64,000 nucleotides of DNA from Tubiluchus corallicola (lineage: Eukaryota; Animalia; Priapulida): contig JAQGDQ010000885.1 in assembly GCA_030141605.1 (NCBI GenBank), positions 20,040-84,039 of the forward strand, read 5' to 3'. How positions within the stretch are numbered: position 1 is the stretch's first letter; the number at the start of each line of letters is the position of its first letter. Positions 30,073-43,833 of this stretch are shown piece by piece. Under the pieces are notes generated by a model, which was not told the DNA's origin, ran no database searches, and worked only from the letters and a program-made list of their open reading frames with translations. The position numbers and the translations under genes are program-made.

Positions 30073-30803
30073 AATGGATTGTACTTGCAAATTATATCTG
30101 TGAGCTTATTATAATCTAGGAAGCAGTAAGCAAAATTGTGTAGAATGTCCGTGCATTATTGATCAAGGGTGGATGGGTGTAACAGCATTTGCTATAGCAC
30201 ACAGTATCGACTTTGTACAAAATTGTCTTGCATGGTTTTACTATGATGCAGTCTGTAGGCGTTGGTGCTGTAGGTTGTCATTATTGATGTCGACATCATC
30301 ATCATAGTCATCAACATCATCATCACCATGTGATGTGGTGGGTGTCCTGTGAATGATGTGCAGTGGGTATTGTGCTGTGGATGATGTGGTGGGGTGGTAA
30401 GGTATGTGAGGTATTGGCGGAGTGGTGTGTGTAGAGTGGGTGTGGTGTTGATGGTGTGGTGTGCATTGTAGTGTAGTGTGGGTGGCGTGTTGTGAGTGGT
30501 GCAGTGGGTTATTAACAATCAAAAATGTCAGGCCACGCATCCATTTGTAGGGTTGTCGTTGTTACTTTTTTCAGAATGCTTTCAGACTAAAAGAAAAATG
30601 TAATTTTAAATTACAGAATTTCAACAATGCCGTCACAATGATAGTCGTGGAAACAATAAAGCAAAAATGACAAATTCGAATGGAATAGAATTTCGAATGG
30701 AATTCGAATGGAACTGTGTAACAAAGTGAGTTTTGGAGAAGAAATGTGTCAATGAATATGCTGCAGTTAGCAATGAGGGAGCAACATTTCTTGATAGAGT
30801 GAC

Positions 30804-33305
30804 ATGGAATGCAAACTATTTGAAGTGCTGTTCTTACTTTTTACAATTGCGAGATTCAGCTTAGGTGAATACATAAAAGGGCGCATCACAGGCGGCAGGG
30901 CACCTCGAAAAGCATGCCTCCGTGCAAATTATGACCAGGTCTACGAAATGACAGTTGCGGAAAAGTTATTTAAGAGAGGAAACAGAATGTATTTGGGTAT
31001 TAGGGACTATAGGGGTACAAATAAAATAAAATATGGAGTACCTTACCTTACTGACGCAACAATAAACGGTATCCGTACTGACCATCAGTTGTTTTGGTCA
31101 GGAAATGACAGGTCATGGCAAACAGTAACACAGGGTCCTTTTATAGAGTACACGGCAAATACAAAAATTGAGAGTTATCTGTTACAATATAAACGTAATC
31201 AACTTCAACAGGAAAAACCAAAGCTTTTATTGAAATTTAAATGCTTAGGATGCTGGGAAAATCGGGGCGTTTGGGATACATCGTACTGTGATGCCAGCAA
31301 ACCTGACCTTTGGATTGAAATTACACTTACCCTTGTAATAGTGCCCGAGGATCAATATCCTCCTACATTCGACTTCAACTCCGGCAGGATACTATCTCTT
31401 GCCGAAGACACTCCAATTGGCTCGCAATTGTGGAAATTTCAAGCCGAAGACTTGGACGGATTTTCATACGTAAGGAATTTTATCATATGTATGGGCGAAT
31501 TTGTGAAATCACCTGGCAAGTTTAACTGCACGGGAGAGGAATATTTTCAAGGTAAAACTACAGAAGAGGATGTTAGCTCTTATCAACCAACAAAGAAACT
31601 TGACTTTTCTGTTTATCTGAAGAAGAAAGTACACTACGAATTCACGAAAAATCTCAAGTTAAATCTCTGGTTGATACCCAAGATCAAGTTCAGAAAACCA
31701 CAAACTGATCCGAATGCTTGGCCATCTTTTAGAGGGCCTAGAAAACTTAGCCTTAATGTTAGTATAGATAATGCAAATAACGAGAATCCCAAATTTTCTC
31801 ACTATCTGTATCAGGTCAGATTGGATGAAATGAATTTTGTCGGACCACTGAAATTTGAACCAGCAAAGATTGAAGCAAAAGACAAAGATGGACTAGGAAA
31901 TGTTGTGATTTTCTCTTTTCCGTATCCAAGCCAAATAGAAAACAAATTTAAAATAGATGAAGCAAATGGTGAAATTACGGCTGTTCAACACCTCCCTGCA
32001 TCAGTTGTTTACCACACTCTTGTTCAAGCAACAGAACGTGATGATGCTACACAATATGACAGAGCACTCTTATCTGTTGAAGTCAGACAAAATGCCGTAA
32101 ATTTCAAAAAAAAAAGTTTTTCAGTCGATGTGTTTGAACACGAACCTGATGACACAATGATATTATTAGTGCCTGCTCTTATTGGTAATTCAAAAATGCA
32201 AGTCTCCTATACATTAAAGACAAAGCAGGGTGTGGCGGTAAATGACTTTAGTTTAATCGTAAATAAACTGCAAAATGCAAGTACATCAATCTTAGGTCTG
32301 GTTCTAGTTTCAAAGCTAAATGAAGGCATTAAGGATCGCTATGAACTTACTGTAAAGGTTCACAATACTGAAACACATTGGCAAGTAGGAACTGTTGATG
32401 TTACTGTTGATGTGAGAGAAGCAGCACTGAAAAGTCCCATGTTTGTTCAAAATTCCTACGTGTTCAACAGTACAGGAGTTGCTGGATCATATATTGGTCA
32501 AGTAAAAGCAACGTTTGAAACTCACAATAATGCGCAGATATTATACACAATTTTAAGCTACAAAAATATCGCTCGAATTAACCCCGAAGGAAAGATTACA
32601 CTGAATGTAGACACAACAGGAAAGATGGCGGTTGGCTTAAGTGCTTGCATGGCTGGATCAAATAGCAAAAATCCATGTGGTTATGCTGTAGCAATAATTA
32701 CATCACCGACTGCAGGTAACTCAACATGGACTGATCCACAACTGCTACTGTCAAGCACAGGAAGTGTTTCTTCTGGACTTGTACTAATGATTCTAGTAAT
32801 TGTGGTATTGTTTGGTGTAATAGTTGTTCTATTGGTTTTTCTGATCAGACAAAGAAGGTCGGACATTAGCACTAGTTCTGGTGACGAGACAAAAAAGGAT
32901 GGTGCAGCAAAAGACGCTTCTGCCAAGGGTGACAAAGCGGAGAAGGATGCTGAAATAGTTGTTGATGCAATTAATGAAGAAGAAATGGAAGAGCTTGCTG
33001 ATACTGGTTTTACTTCAAATGAAAAGGTTTTAAAAAGATATGGAAAAGAAGATGGTGTGGAAACAGAAGATGTGTCACAAAAAAGAAGTGATGCAGAAAA
33101 GCATACCGATATTGAAGCTACTACTGTAAAAGCAGATGAAGCAAAAGAGCATGCTGAAACAAAGAATGATTCAATAAAAAGAAAAAAGGCAGACGTTGAG
33201 GTTACTTCAGTAGAGGAAGAAGAGATGGAAGATTATAATTCAGGAAATATTTTGGCAGAAACAATTGAGACGGTGTCAGGCGGTCTCATTGGAGGAAAGA
33301 ATTAG
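30804..33305 (+). CDS. Cadherin-like type-I membrane protein, copy 2 (833 aa)
   Basis: Same architecture as copy 1, with the full tail ending GLIGGKN. Confidence 0.9.
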   Translation: MECKLFEVLFLLFTIARFSLGEYIKGRITGGRAPRKACLRANYDQVYEMTVAEKLFKRGNRMYLGIRDYRGTNKIKYGVPYLTDATINGIRTDHQLFWSGNDRSWQTVTQGPFIEYTANTKIESYLLQYKRNQLQQEKPKLLLKFKCLGCWENRGVWDTSYCDASKPDLWIEITLTLVIVPEDQYPPTFDFNSGRILSLAEDTPIGSQLWKFQAEDLDGFSYVRNFIICMGEFVKSPGKFNCTGEEYFQGKTTEEDVSSYQPTKKLDFSVYLKKKVHYEFTKNLKLNLWLIPKIKFRKPQTDPNAWPSFRGPRKLSLNVSIDNANNENPKFSHYLYQVRLDEMNFVGPLKFEPAKIEAKDKDGLGNVVIFSFPYPSQIENKFKIDEANGEITAVQHLPASVVYHTLVQATERDDATQYDRALLSVEVRQNAVNFKKKSFSVDVFEHEPDDTMILLVPALIGNSKMQVSYTLKTKQGVAVNDFSLIVNKLQNASTSILGLVLVSKLNEGIKDRYELTVKVHNTETHWQVGTVDVTVDVREAALKSPMFVQNSYVFNSTGVAGSYIGQVKATFETHNNAQILYTILSYKNIARINPEGKITLNVDTTGKMAVGLSACMAGSNSKNPCGYAVAIITSPTAGNSTWTDPQLLLSSTGSVSSGLVLMILVIVVLFGVIVVLLVFLIRQRRSDISTSSGDETKKDGAAKDASAKGDKAEKDAEIVVDAINEEEMEELADTGFTSNEKVLKRYGKEDGVETEDVSQKRSDAEKHTDIEATTVKADEAKEHAETKNDSIKRKKADVEVTSVEEEEMEDYNSGNILAETIETVSGGLIGGKN

Positions 33306-34536
33306 TTGTTATTATAAGTATAATTTAACGGAACAGAAAACACTTTTACTGTCTTTTCTTATGTTTACCAGTTTTTTAAACATGCTTTAGTTGCTTTAGA
33401 TCGCTTTGTTTTCATCAGTTTTTTGAAATCTGCTTTTATTCTTTTTCAGGTATTGTTTTTATTTTTAAAAATAAATTTGCTTTGTTTTGCCTAAGTTCTT
33501 TTTTGCTGCCCTAAATGTTGTGTAAGTTTTTTAAACATGGTTTAATTGTTTTAGATCGCTTTGTTTTCATCAGTTTTTTTAAACATGCTTTTATTCCTTT
33601 TCATGTATTGTTTTTATTTTTAAAAATAAATTTGCATTGTTTTGCCTAAGTTCTTTTTTGCTGCACTAGATGTTGTGTAAGTTACATTCAGTGAAATTTA
33701 GCAGACCTCTCACTTTTGACTAAAGTGTGAGAAATAGACATCCATCACATCGTACCCAAATGTTTTAGCAACGAAAGAAAAGTTTTCTGCTTACTGATGT
33801 GATCTAATAGGAAACTGCATGAAATGAATTAACGTTACACACTATTGCGGGCGCCAGGGGGTGTGCAGGTTTGTGAAGACTGCCGAGAAGTCAACCTACA
33901 GGCGCTGCATACCTACAAAGAACTACACAAAAAGAGTCACAAGAATGTTAGAAAATTCAGCCCCGGTGACAAGGGACACCGACAAAGATGACCTAAATTT
34001 CATGAACACTACGTTTATACTGGCTTTGCGCATGCGCATAGCTAGACAACACGTGAAAAATTTAAAGAAGCCCGTAACACAGCCCTCTTCTTAGTCGCTA
34101 CTTGTCAAGAAATGGTATTCTATCTTCCAAAGGAGGTAGCAAAACGATGATGTAGTCCCTGAATTCAACTTTTTCTGTTGGTTCGAGAAATACGAAAACT
34201 GCCTTTTCTTTACTAGAAAACAGCATTTACTAGAAAAGCCACAAAAAGTACAGCAGCTTTATATGAAACATTGTTGTACCATGTAGGTTAGAGTGTTCCA
34301 GTACGCGCCGCCGTCGACAGTGACAGTGACGAGGTTAAGCTAGCTAGCCAACGTGTGCAGAGAAACTCACGATAAGTACTGTTTATGGTGTTTTGTGATA
34401 CGTTCAAAATCCCGGGTAAAGTTTAAGACAGTAGCTAAACTATAATTTGTGGTATATATTTGTTTATTAATTCTCAAATGTGTTTTTCTTATGTTAAATA
34501 ATATTGAGTTTGTAGCTAATTGGTCGTTTGTCTATC

Positions 34537-34980
34537 TGTTCTGATAATGTTAGATTCTCACGTTAAGTAAGCTCGCCAGGGACCCACAGCCTTAGATCAA
34601 ATAAAGCTTGCTGTTTCTTTAAGTGTTTATGGTGTGTTAGCACCAGTGTTGTAGTGATAATCTTGCCATCCTGACATAAACACATTTACAGCATTTTAGG
34701 CCAAACGGATTATCACACTCGACACCGCGCACGATACATAAGGCGTGCGGGGCCTCCAGCTCGAGAATTCAGTCTCAGATTGAGTCTGGGAGCGGGAGCG
34801 TACTGACTGTAAGATCAGGGGCCTTTGGCATTGCTATTTATAATTATTGTGTTGATGTTTAATAAACGTGTCATTTAATAATCAAACTCTTCATAGCTTT
34901 GCCATTCCTCACGAATCAATAAGCAGCTACACACAACCAATACAACGCACTATCCACTATACAACCAAATTAATTTTACT
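34537..34980 (+). mobile_element. Solo-LTR-like repeat copy at the right boundary of unit 2
   Basis: Homology to unit 1 stops near 34532; 34730-34980 matches 13735-13833 and the reverse complement of 1055-1270; ends TTTTACT. Confidence 0.65.
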
Positions 34981-37699
34981 GAAACCATAAACTTCTGTTT
35001 TTCACGTACACATCCATTTCACTTGTTTCACTACAATCACAACTATGACTCTGTTTGAGTTGCAAACGCTTCCTCGTCGATTCTTTTTGCTGTTCAACGT
35101 CCGCCAGTTTTTTTATCTTTCGTTTCCTGTATTTCGCTCATGAAGACGTCGATTCTTGTAGTTCATCTGCAATTATTAGACTAATGCCATTGCATATGTA
35201 AGAAACTTTTTCATTAAACGATAGATCAACACTTCCATTGGTCTGCAGCTCTGCGCATATAATAGAAACTACGTGCAAAAAGCAGAGAGACGCGTCAGTA
35301 ATGTCTCAGTGAACTGACTTAATCTTAGGAAATCAGATAAAGTAAAAGTACAAAGTGTTTTGCTGGCCGAATACACGCCTCGATGAATCAAGAAAAATAA
35401 CGCAAGTAGTTCGTTTCGTTTAATTTAAGTATTGTGCACATAAGGAATTACGTGTAGGCATACATTATGAATTATTATTACTTATGCTAGACCTAAAAAT
35501 TAAAAAATAATTATTTTCAGGAATGGGCGCCCTAGGTAACTGCCTAGTGGTAGAGCTTGCAACGGTTTGGCAACTTCTCTCGCAACTTGTGAACGGCTTG
35601 GCAACTTACCTCAGAGAGAAGTTGCGCAACAAGTTGTGAGAGAAGTCTTTACGTCTGACCGCGCCATAACGTGACAAGGTGTAGGGCCCTCTACACGCCC
35701 AGTTTCCACGTCAGCAGCGACTCACCCCTTTCTTGTACGTCCAGACGTCTTGTTTGGGTCTACGCGTGGTGTGAGAAGCCAGCTGGCCTGAAATGCCACT
35801 ATAAAAGCATGTAGAGGTCACTGCAGCCTGGATTTCTGACACAGATGCTCCTCGGATGTAGTGCTGTTACTGAGTTAGTTAGTTTTTTTTGCAAGTGTAT
35901 TTCGGTTCCTTATTTTTATTAGTGCTGATAATAAACTCCGTATGGTGTAGTTTTTGTGCATTTTATTTTATGAGAGTTAGATGACATGCTATAACAGGTA
36001 TAAGGTACTAGTTTACAGACATTGATTTAGTTAATTAACATAACATTTGTAATTAAAATTGACGTTTGTAGTTAAGTAATCAGTTACACAACGATAGTAA
36101 AATGGATCTTCATGATGCGCAATATCAAGACCGCCATGCCATCTTGGAGTTCGACCCCCTGAGTCGAATTCAGTCCAATATAATGTATTAAAATGTTGCA
36201 AAAAACAATATCAAAGTAAACAAATTTGATGTAGGAAAACTCGCTTTAAATTCATAATTGTTGAAAATTCATATAAGTGATTAATAAAATGGACATACAG
36301 AAAGAACGTGATGCTCAAAGTCACACATCAGAATCCAAATAAACATTTGAGCAAAACGAGAGTAAATATGAGCATCAGCTTAAGCATCTTGTTTCATGCA
36401 GTAATTCTGCCTTAACAAATATAAATTCTTATTCACAACTATCTTACCATCAACATGTGACTTTCACTCTCCTCCTCTTCCAACTCCCACCTAAAATTGT
36501 CAACAGAAATGTCAAAAAATAATAATAACAAGCATTTGATCTAAACAAAAATAAAAATGAATTAATTCATACGACAGAAATACATACTGAATTAAAATAA
36601 TACAAAACAAAGAAAAAAGTAAATTTTCCTATCTTGAAATAAACTTATTGCAATTTTTTTAAATAAGCTAGCTATCTTTTGTTTGTCAATAAAAATATTC
36701 TTTAAGAACTACCACTATTTCACAATTTATTACAAATCAAATAAGCACATGTTTCAACATAACCATAGTGAAAAAACGATTTTTACTAAATGTTATTAAA
36801 GTTTGAAGGCCCCAAGCTTGAGAGACCCTAAACTGTAGATTATACTAGCCTATTGGACCCTGATTCCACTGAACACTTCTTATGCAGCTCTTTCACTGAA
36901 ACTATATACAAGCATTGCTGCAACACAGCATTACTTATGAATCTATGCAATTTCCAAAATGCAGACAAAACCTGTTCGGTAGATGGGTTAGTGACAGGTA
37001 ACGAATTCACTAAATTCTTGGCAAGTCTTTCACATGTTTGTTATGCAACTGCACGATTACAATAACTTAAAGTACAACGTCTTAGCATCAATTGTAGTAT
37101 GACTTTGAAGATTTTAGTATGAAATCTCGCACTGTATCTGTACGGTAGTTCTGCAGTCATTCTGAAGAAACAACTTATGCAAACACGTAAAACAAAAAGT
37201 AAGAAAAGTTATAATTTACCTATGCTGAGACTCGGTGTCTGTAAGCAATCCATATACAGTATCTGCTTGACGCACTAATGATTTTTCATCAGCTTTAGCA
37301 TCAAATGTATAGTGTGGTCTACCAACTGGAATGCAAAGTAACAGGAAAACATTTTAAAGCAAAACGACAAATACTTTTTTTAAACAGAAGTTATATGAGC
37401 AGCCTTGGTAGCTCAATCGGCTGTCTTTGTCACCATAAAATCTTCAAAAAATGCTGTAGAGACGAACATGGACAAAAGGGAGGAACAACGATCTTTAAAG
37501 TGCGTTTAGAAAATTTGCAAAATAAACATATTTTAGTTAGAAAGACTCTTAATGATTTCACAGCATGGATTACAAAAAAACAAGCTGCTTAATTCTAATG
37601 CTTTCTAATGCTTTCTAATGCTTCTCACGTCTATGAGTCATAGTGTATCAATAGCTTAGAAAAATACTGATAATTAAAATAAGCCTATAAATCTAGCAG

Positions 37700-38006
37700 C
37701 CAACGGCTAGAGGGCGGAGGAGGTCAAGTGACCCAACGGCCATGTGTAGAGGAGTAAACCTTCCAAATCAGGATTGGAGCCCCGAAGGCGGACCAGTGCA
37801 GCAAGCTCACTGACTCTGGCAGCTCCTGCAGCCAACCTGGTGCCAAATGTATCGCTCCGCTTTCCTTTGGACTACACCAGGGAGGAAGAGAGGGGGTTCC
37901 TGCTGTCTGGGCAACTCGGGTCTCCATACACCTTGCCCAGGCATGCGCCCTGGAGACTCTATTGGCGCACAATCCATTGTCTTTCGAGACAGAAGGATGC
38001 CAACAA
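37700..38006 (-). mobile_element. GC-rich structured segment resembling the 5' UTR of an RTE-clade LINE
   Basis: Minus strand begins GTTGGCATCCTTCTGTCTCGAAAGACAATGG, which I recall as an RTE-type leader; several complementary segments follow. Confidence 0.45.
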
Positions 38007-38237
38007 TATTTCTTAAAATTTTAACTAGCCAAACCACATAAAAGAATTTTGCACATAAGCCCGCAATGACCATCCACACCACATCACCCCCCCCTCCAGC
38101 AGGGCCAGCTCTACTACTGGCACTAGGCAAACCAGTAGTTGCCTAGGACGCCAAGTTTTGAGGGCGCTAGATTTTGGAAGTAATTTTTCAATTTTTAAGC
38201 TTAGCTTTAGCATAAGTAATAACATAGTGTATGTGTA

Positions 38238-38240
<3 letters not shown>

Positions 38241-38279
<39 letters not shown>

Positions 38280-38515
38280 CTATATTTAAAGTCGGCTTTG
38301 GGTCAACAATTAACATTAGCTCAAAGAGCTATTATCGCCGACTGTAGATAACAACCTACAACTACAAACCAGAGACTATTATTACCCAACTCTTACTCTA
38401 AATACCAAACGTCAGGCAGGACAACAGCAGGTACCATTTTTGGTATGACCCGGCCGCTTGTTCGAACTCACGACCTCCCACACGGAAAGCAGACGCATTA
38501 CCACTAGGCTAAACC
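38241..38515 (-). mobile_element. tRNA-derived SINE (V-SINE-like)
   Basis: Minus strand: A box TAGCCTAGTGG, B box GAGTTCGAAC, then GGTCATACCAAAAATGGTACC (V-domain-like core) and a (TTA)n tail at 38241-38279. Confidence 0.75.
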
Positions 38516-39237
38516 ATCTGGTCGAACTGCTTAACTGCACAACACTATGTTGACTTAATGAAATGAACTGCTTGCATTATTTTCCTCTCACAATACATGA
38601 CTCATCGACACAAACATGGAACTGGCTTCTCTCAGCAAAACACTATCTATCTTTGCTTTACCTGGTTTCCCAAGATTACAACATTGTAAACAGATATAAG
38701 TGAAACGTTCATTTAAAAAGCGTTTCTAGCAAGAGCATTTATAAATCTAACTGTGGTGGAGAAACCTCTACGAATCGAAGTCTAATGAAGTCTAAGATTC
38801 ACTAATGAATCCAAACTTCTTGCATCCAAACAGAAGTTATAGTTGTGACGATTTTGAAAGTAGTGAAATGCTTGTATGTGGAAAAGGGGATAAAATTTTC
38901 TGATGAAAAGTCTTAGTAAAAATCTAGCCAAGTGTGTACAGGTTAAGAGTATGCAGCGTTTTTGTTGCTCCTAAAGACTCTGGACATACAACAATGCAGT
39001 AATAAATTCACTTCAAATGAAATCAACACAAGCTGTAGAGAGGTAATTAGCTACACTTAATTAGTCCCGATAATACATGTGTAAGCCTAATACACAGGTA
39101 GCATTATACTTCATTATATACAATAGAAGTTCAGTTTTGTGGATGGGCCACAGGGGGCCACAGGAAAGGGGTTGGCAGTTGAGAAAGAGCGTTAAAAATA
39201 CTTTTGTCTAGGACGTCAAACTACCTAGTGTCGGCCC

Positions 39238-39492
39238 TGTCCACCACACCACACCTGTCACACCACTCACATGACACCATACCATTCACACCGCACCATG
39301 TTACTGTCACTGCTCTCGATGGTGAAAACAATGGTGACAATGATGACCACAGTAGCAGCAAGAAGAACAACAAAAACAACAGCTTACGGAAAACTTGTAA
39401 AAACATTTTGTGCATAGACAAATGCTCTCATACCTGTGCACTAATGATCACTAATGTACAAAAATCCTACACAGTCTTTGTAAACTACTCCT
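39238..39492 (-). repeat. Diverged inverted copy of the GT/CAT-rich repeat upstream of each cadherin ORF
   Basis: Resembles the reverse complement of 14685-15060 (CAAATGCT..., TGATCA.TAATG.AC..., CTACACA). Confidence 0.55.
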
Positions 39493-40042
39493 TTAATGAT
39501 GGTAATGATGGTAATAGGCTAGCAGGTACCACTTACAAATTTTAACAGCCAGCAGCAGCTTAATAAAATGAGCTAAATACAAGCATTGTACAATACAGTG
39601 TCACAGATAGTGCTTTGCGTCAGCTGTTTTCTAAGCAAGAGCAAAATGGAATCTGCATGAAACCTGTAGCAGTTCCTCCTGATGGAAACATGCCAAAAAG
39701 AGACCCACATCAACATGTAGTGCTGCTCCTCCTCTTTCAGAACAGTCATAAATATCCTTCCAAAATCCCTAGGAAGTGCTGCACAAATATTAATTTCTAC
39801 ATGGCATTTGGTAAAAATTTAAACAAAGTCGGTAGGGTGGGTCAGGAAAAACACCAAATATGGGTTTGCCAGGAAAGTAAACTAAGCCTGCTACAATCTA
39901 TGCTGAATGCTCTTTCCAATGACACATAACACCCAAGTCTGGCAGTCACTTTAAAAGTTTGAGAAAAAAACAATGGGAAACTGTGGAAACAATGGCGACA
40001 TTTTTGGAGTTTTTTTGTACCACGGTTCCTCCATACGTCCCA

Positions 40043-40848
40043 AAACCTCATCTATGTTAGTTTCAGTAAAACCTCATCTATGTTATTTTCAGTAAAGCAT
40101 CATCTATGTTATTTACAGTAAAACCTCATCTATGTTATTTTCACTAAAACATCAACTATGTTATTTTCAGTAAAGCATCATCTATGTATATATTTTCAGT
40201 AAAACCTCATCTGAGTTATTTTCATTAAAACCTCATCCATGTTATTTTCAGTAAAACATCATTTATATTATTTTCAGTAAAACATCATCTATGTTAGTTT
40301 CAGTAAAACCTCATCTATGTTAGTTTCAGTAAAACCTCATCTATGTTATTTTCAGTAAAGCATCATCTATGTTATTTACAGTAAAACCTCATCTATGTTA
40401 TTTTCACTAAAACATCAACTATGTTATTTTCAGTAAAGCATCATCTATGTATATATTTTCAGTAAAACCTCATCTGAGTTATTTTCATTAAAACCTCATC
40501 CATGTTATTTTCAGTAAAACATCATTTATATTATTTTCAGTAAAACATCATCTATGTTAGTTTCAGTAAAACCTCATCTATGTTAGTTTCAGTAAAACCT
40601 CATCTATGTTATTTTCAGTAAAGCATCATCTATGTTATTTACAGTAAAACCTCATCTATGTTATTTTCACTAAAACATCAACTATGTTATTTTCAGTAAA
40701 GCATCATCTATGTATATATTTTCAGTAAAACCTCAGCTGAGTTATTTTCATTAAAACCTCATCTATGTTATTTTCACTAAAACCTCATCTATATTATTTT
40801 CAGTAAAACCGCATCTACGTTATTTTCAGTAAAACATCATCTATGTTT
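40043..40848 (+). repeat. 26-bp minisatellite upstream of cadherin copy 3
   Basis: Same unit as 22345-23480, with a higher-order block of about 260 bp. Confidence 0.95.
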
Positions 40849-41380
40849 AGTGAATACTTGCATAATTTATAAAATTTTTTAGCATGCACTGGATATACAT
40901 TTTCGCAAAAAAAATGCGATAGATTAACTGTGTGAATGGTGGTAAGTTTTCAAATTTTTCATAGCGTAACATATGTAAGGTTGGGAAGTTATTAAAAGTA
41001 GAAACTCAGTACAATGACAGTCGCCTATTGTCTTCAAGACTTGCGTTTGCGTTTCCAAGACTACGCGATGTTTGGAAGGCTTTGCGCAAAGCAGCGTCAT
41101 TCTTGTTTATACTTTCAGCGTGTAAACTTGAACGTGAATCGACGAAAGAGATCTGCAATTTTTATTATCACTATTTTATTTTATTTTATTTTATTGTTCA
41201 TATATACTTGTGTGTGTGTTTTTCTTTCTTTTTTGTTTTTGCAGATTTCTTTTGCACTGCCTGCCGCTAAGGTGAGTGATATTTTAATTACCAGACGCTT
41301 TATGAACTATTGATTTATTTTAAAGATTGGGAAGATTGAACACAGTTGTAGGTAGGCAGTATTATGAGTCATTTTCAAAA

Positions 41381-42250
<870 letters not shown>

Positions 42251-42507
42251 AATGGATTGTACTTGCAAATTATATCTGTGAGCTTATTATAATCTAGGAA
42301 GCAGTAAGCAAAATTGTGTAGAATGTCCGTGCATTATTGATCAAGGGTGGATGGGTGTAACAGCATTTTCTATAGCACACAGTATAGACTTTGTACAAAA
42401 TTGTCTTGCATGGTTTTACTATGATGCAGTGCTGTTGGCGTTGGTGCTGTAGGTTGTCATTATTGATGTCGACATCATCATCATAGTCATCAACATCATC
42501 ATCACCA

Positions 42508-42666
42508 CGAAAAGACGATCTCGTGTTTGAGTCATTGGTACATCTGTGTTCCTTTCAACTCCTTCTGGTAAATTTCACACTCTCTGCTCCTTGCCTCGTG
42601 CTTCCCCTTACAATTTGCACAAACAGTCTCTTCTGCCGTGCATTCATTAGTTCTATGTTTCGCGTT
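42508..42666 (-). mobile_element. Fragment of a related LINE spanning the ORF1 end and ORF2 start
   Basis: Minus strand: KHRTNECTAEETVCANCKGKHEARSRECEIYQ..*, overlapping ATG-TQTRDRLFV; aligns with HKTSECNSKEIKCYNCKSEHEANSKNCSTY / MAASSRCLSV of the intact LINE. Confidence 0.8.
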
Positions 42667-42770
42667 AGAGAGAAAGAGAGAGAGAGAGTGAGCAAGAAAG
42701 CGAGAGAGAGAGAGAGAGAGCAAGAAAGCGAGAGAGAGAGAGAGCGCAAGAGTAAGAGAGAGAGAGAGTA

Positions 42771-42844
<74 letters not shown>

Positions 42845-43833
42845 GGAGAGAGAGAGAGGGGGGAGAAAGAGAGAGAGCATATAAGATTCGAGGCTACAGC
42901 GCCGACGACGGCAGCATGTGCGGTGATCTATACATCAATCGAAAGATCTCGGTATAGTGTCGCGCCATTGGGGGTTTATTTTGCGAATCGGGCCCACCGA
43001 GATAAAGCACACCCTCGGGCACCCCTGTGCTGCCATTTGAAACATCCGTTGTCTTTGAGTTTAAGAAATTTCACGGCTGTTCTAGGCATTGTTCTCATCC
43101 GCTGTTCTATACTGTGTCATAGATTGTACTTGCAAACTATATCTGTAAGCTTATTATAATCTAGGAAGCAGTAAGCAAAATTGTGTAGAATGTCCGTGCA
43201 TTATTGATCAAGGGTGGATGGGTGTAACAGCATTTGCTATAGCACACAGTATCGACTTTGCACAAAATTGTCTTGCATGGTTTTACTATGATGCAGTGCT
43301 GTTGGCGTTGGTGCTGTAGGTTGTCATTATTGATGTCGACATCATCATCATAGTCATCAACGTCATCATCACCATGTGATGTGGTGGGTGTCCTGTGAAT
43401 GGTGTGCAGTGGGTATTGTGCTGTGGATGATGTGGTGGGGTGGTAAGGTATGTGAGGTATTGGCGGAGCGGTGTGTGTAGAGTGGTGTGGTGTTGATGGT
43501 GTGGTGTGCATTGTAGTGTAGTGTGGGTGGCGTGTTGTGAGTGGTGCAGTGGGTTATTAACAATCAAAAATGTCAGGCCACGCATCCATTTGTAGGGTTG
43601 TCGTTGTTACTTTTTTCAGAATGCTTTCAGACTAAAAGAAAAATGTAATTTTAAATTACAGAATTTCAACAGTGCCGTCACAATGATAGTCGTGGAAACA
43701 ATAAAGCAAAAATGACAAATTCGAATGGAATAGAATTTCGAATGGAATTAACAAAGTGAGTTTTGGAGAAGAAATGTGTCAATGAATATGCTGCAGTTAG
43801 CAATGAGGGAGCAACATTTCTTGATAGAGTGAC

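Noticed and set aside
38440-38515. tRNA gene
   Set aside because: A and B boxes are present, but there is no complete cloverleaf and it continues into a SINE core and tail.
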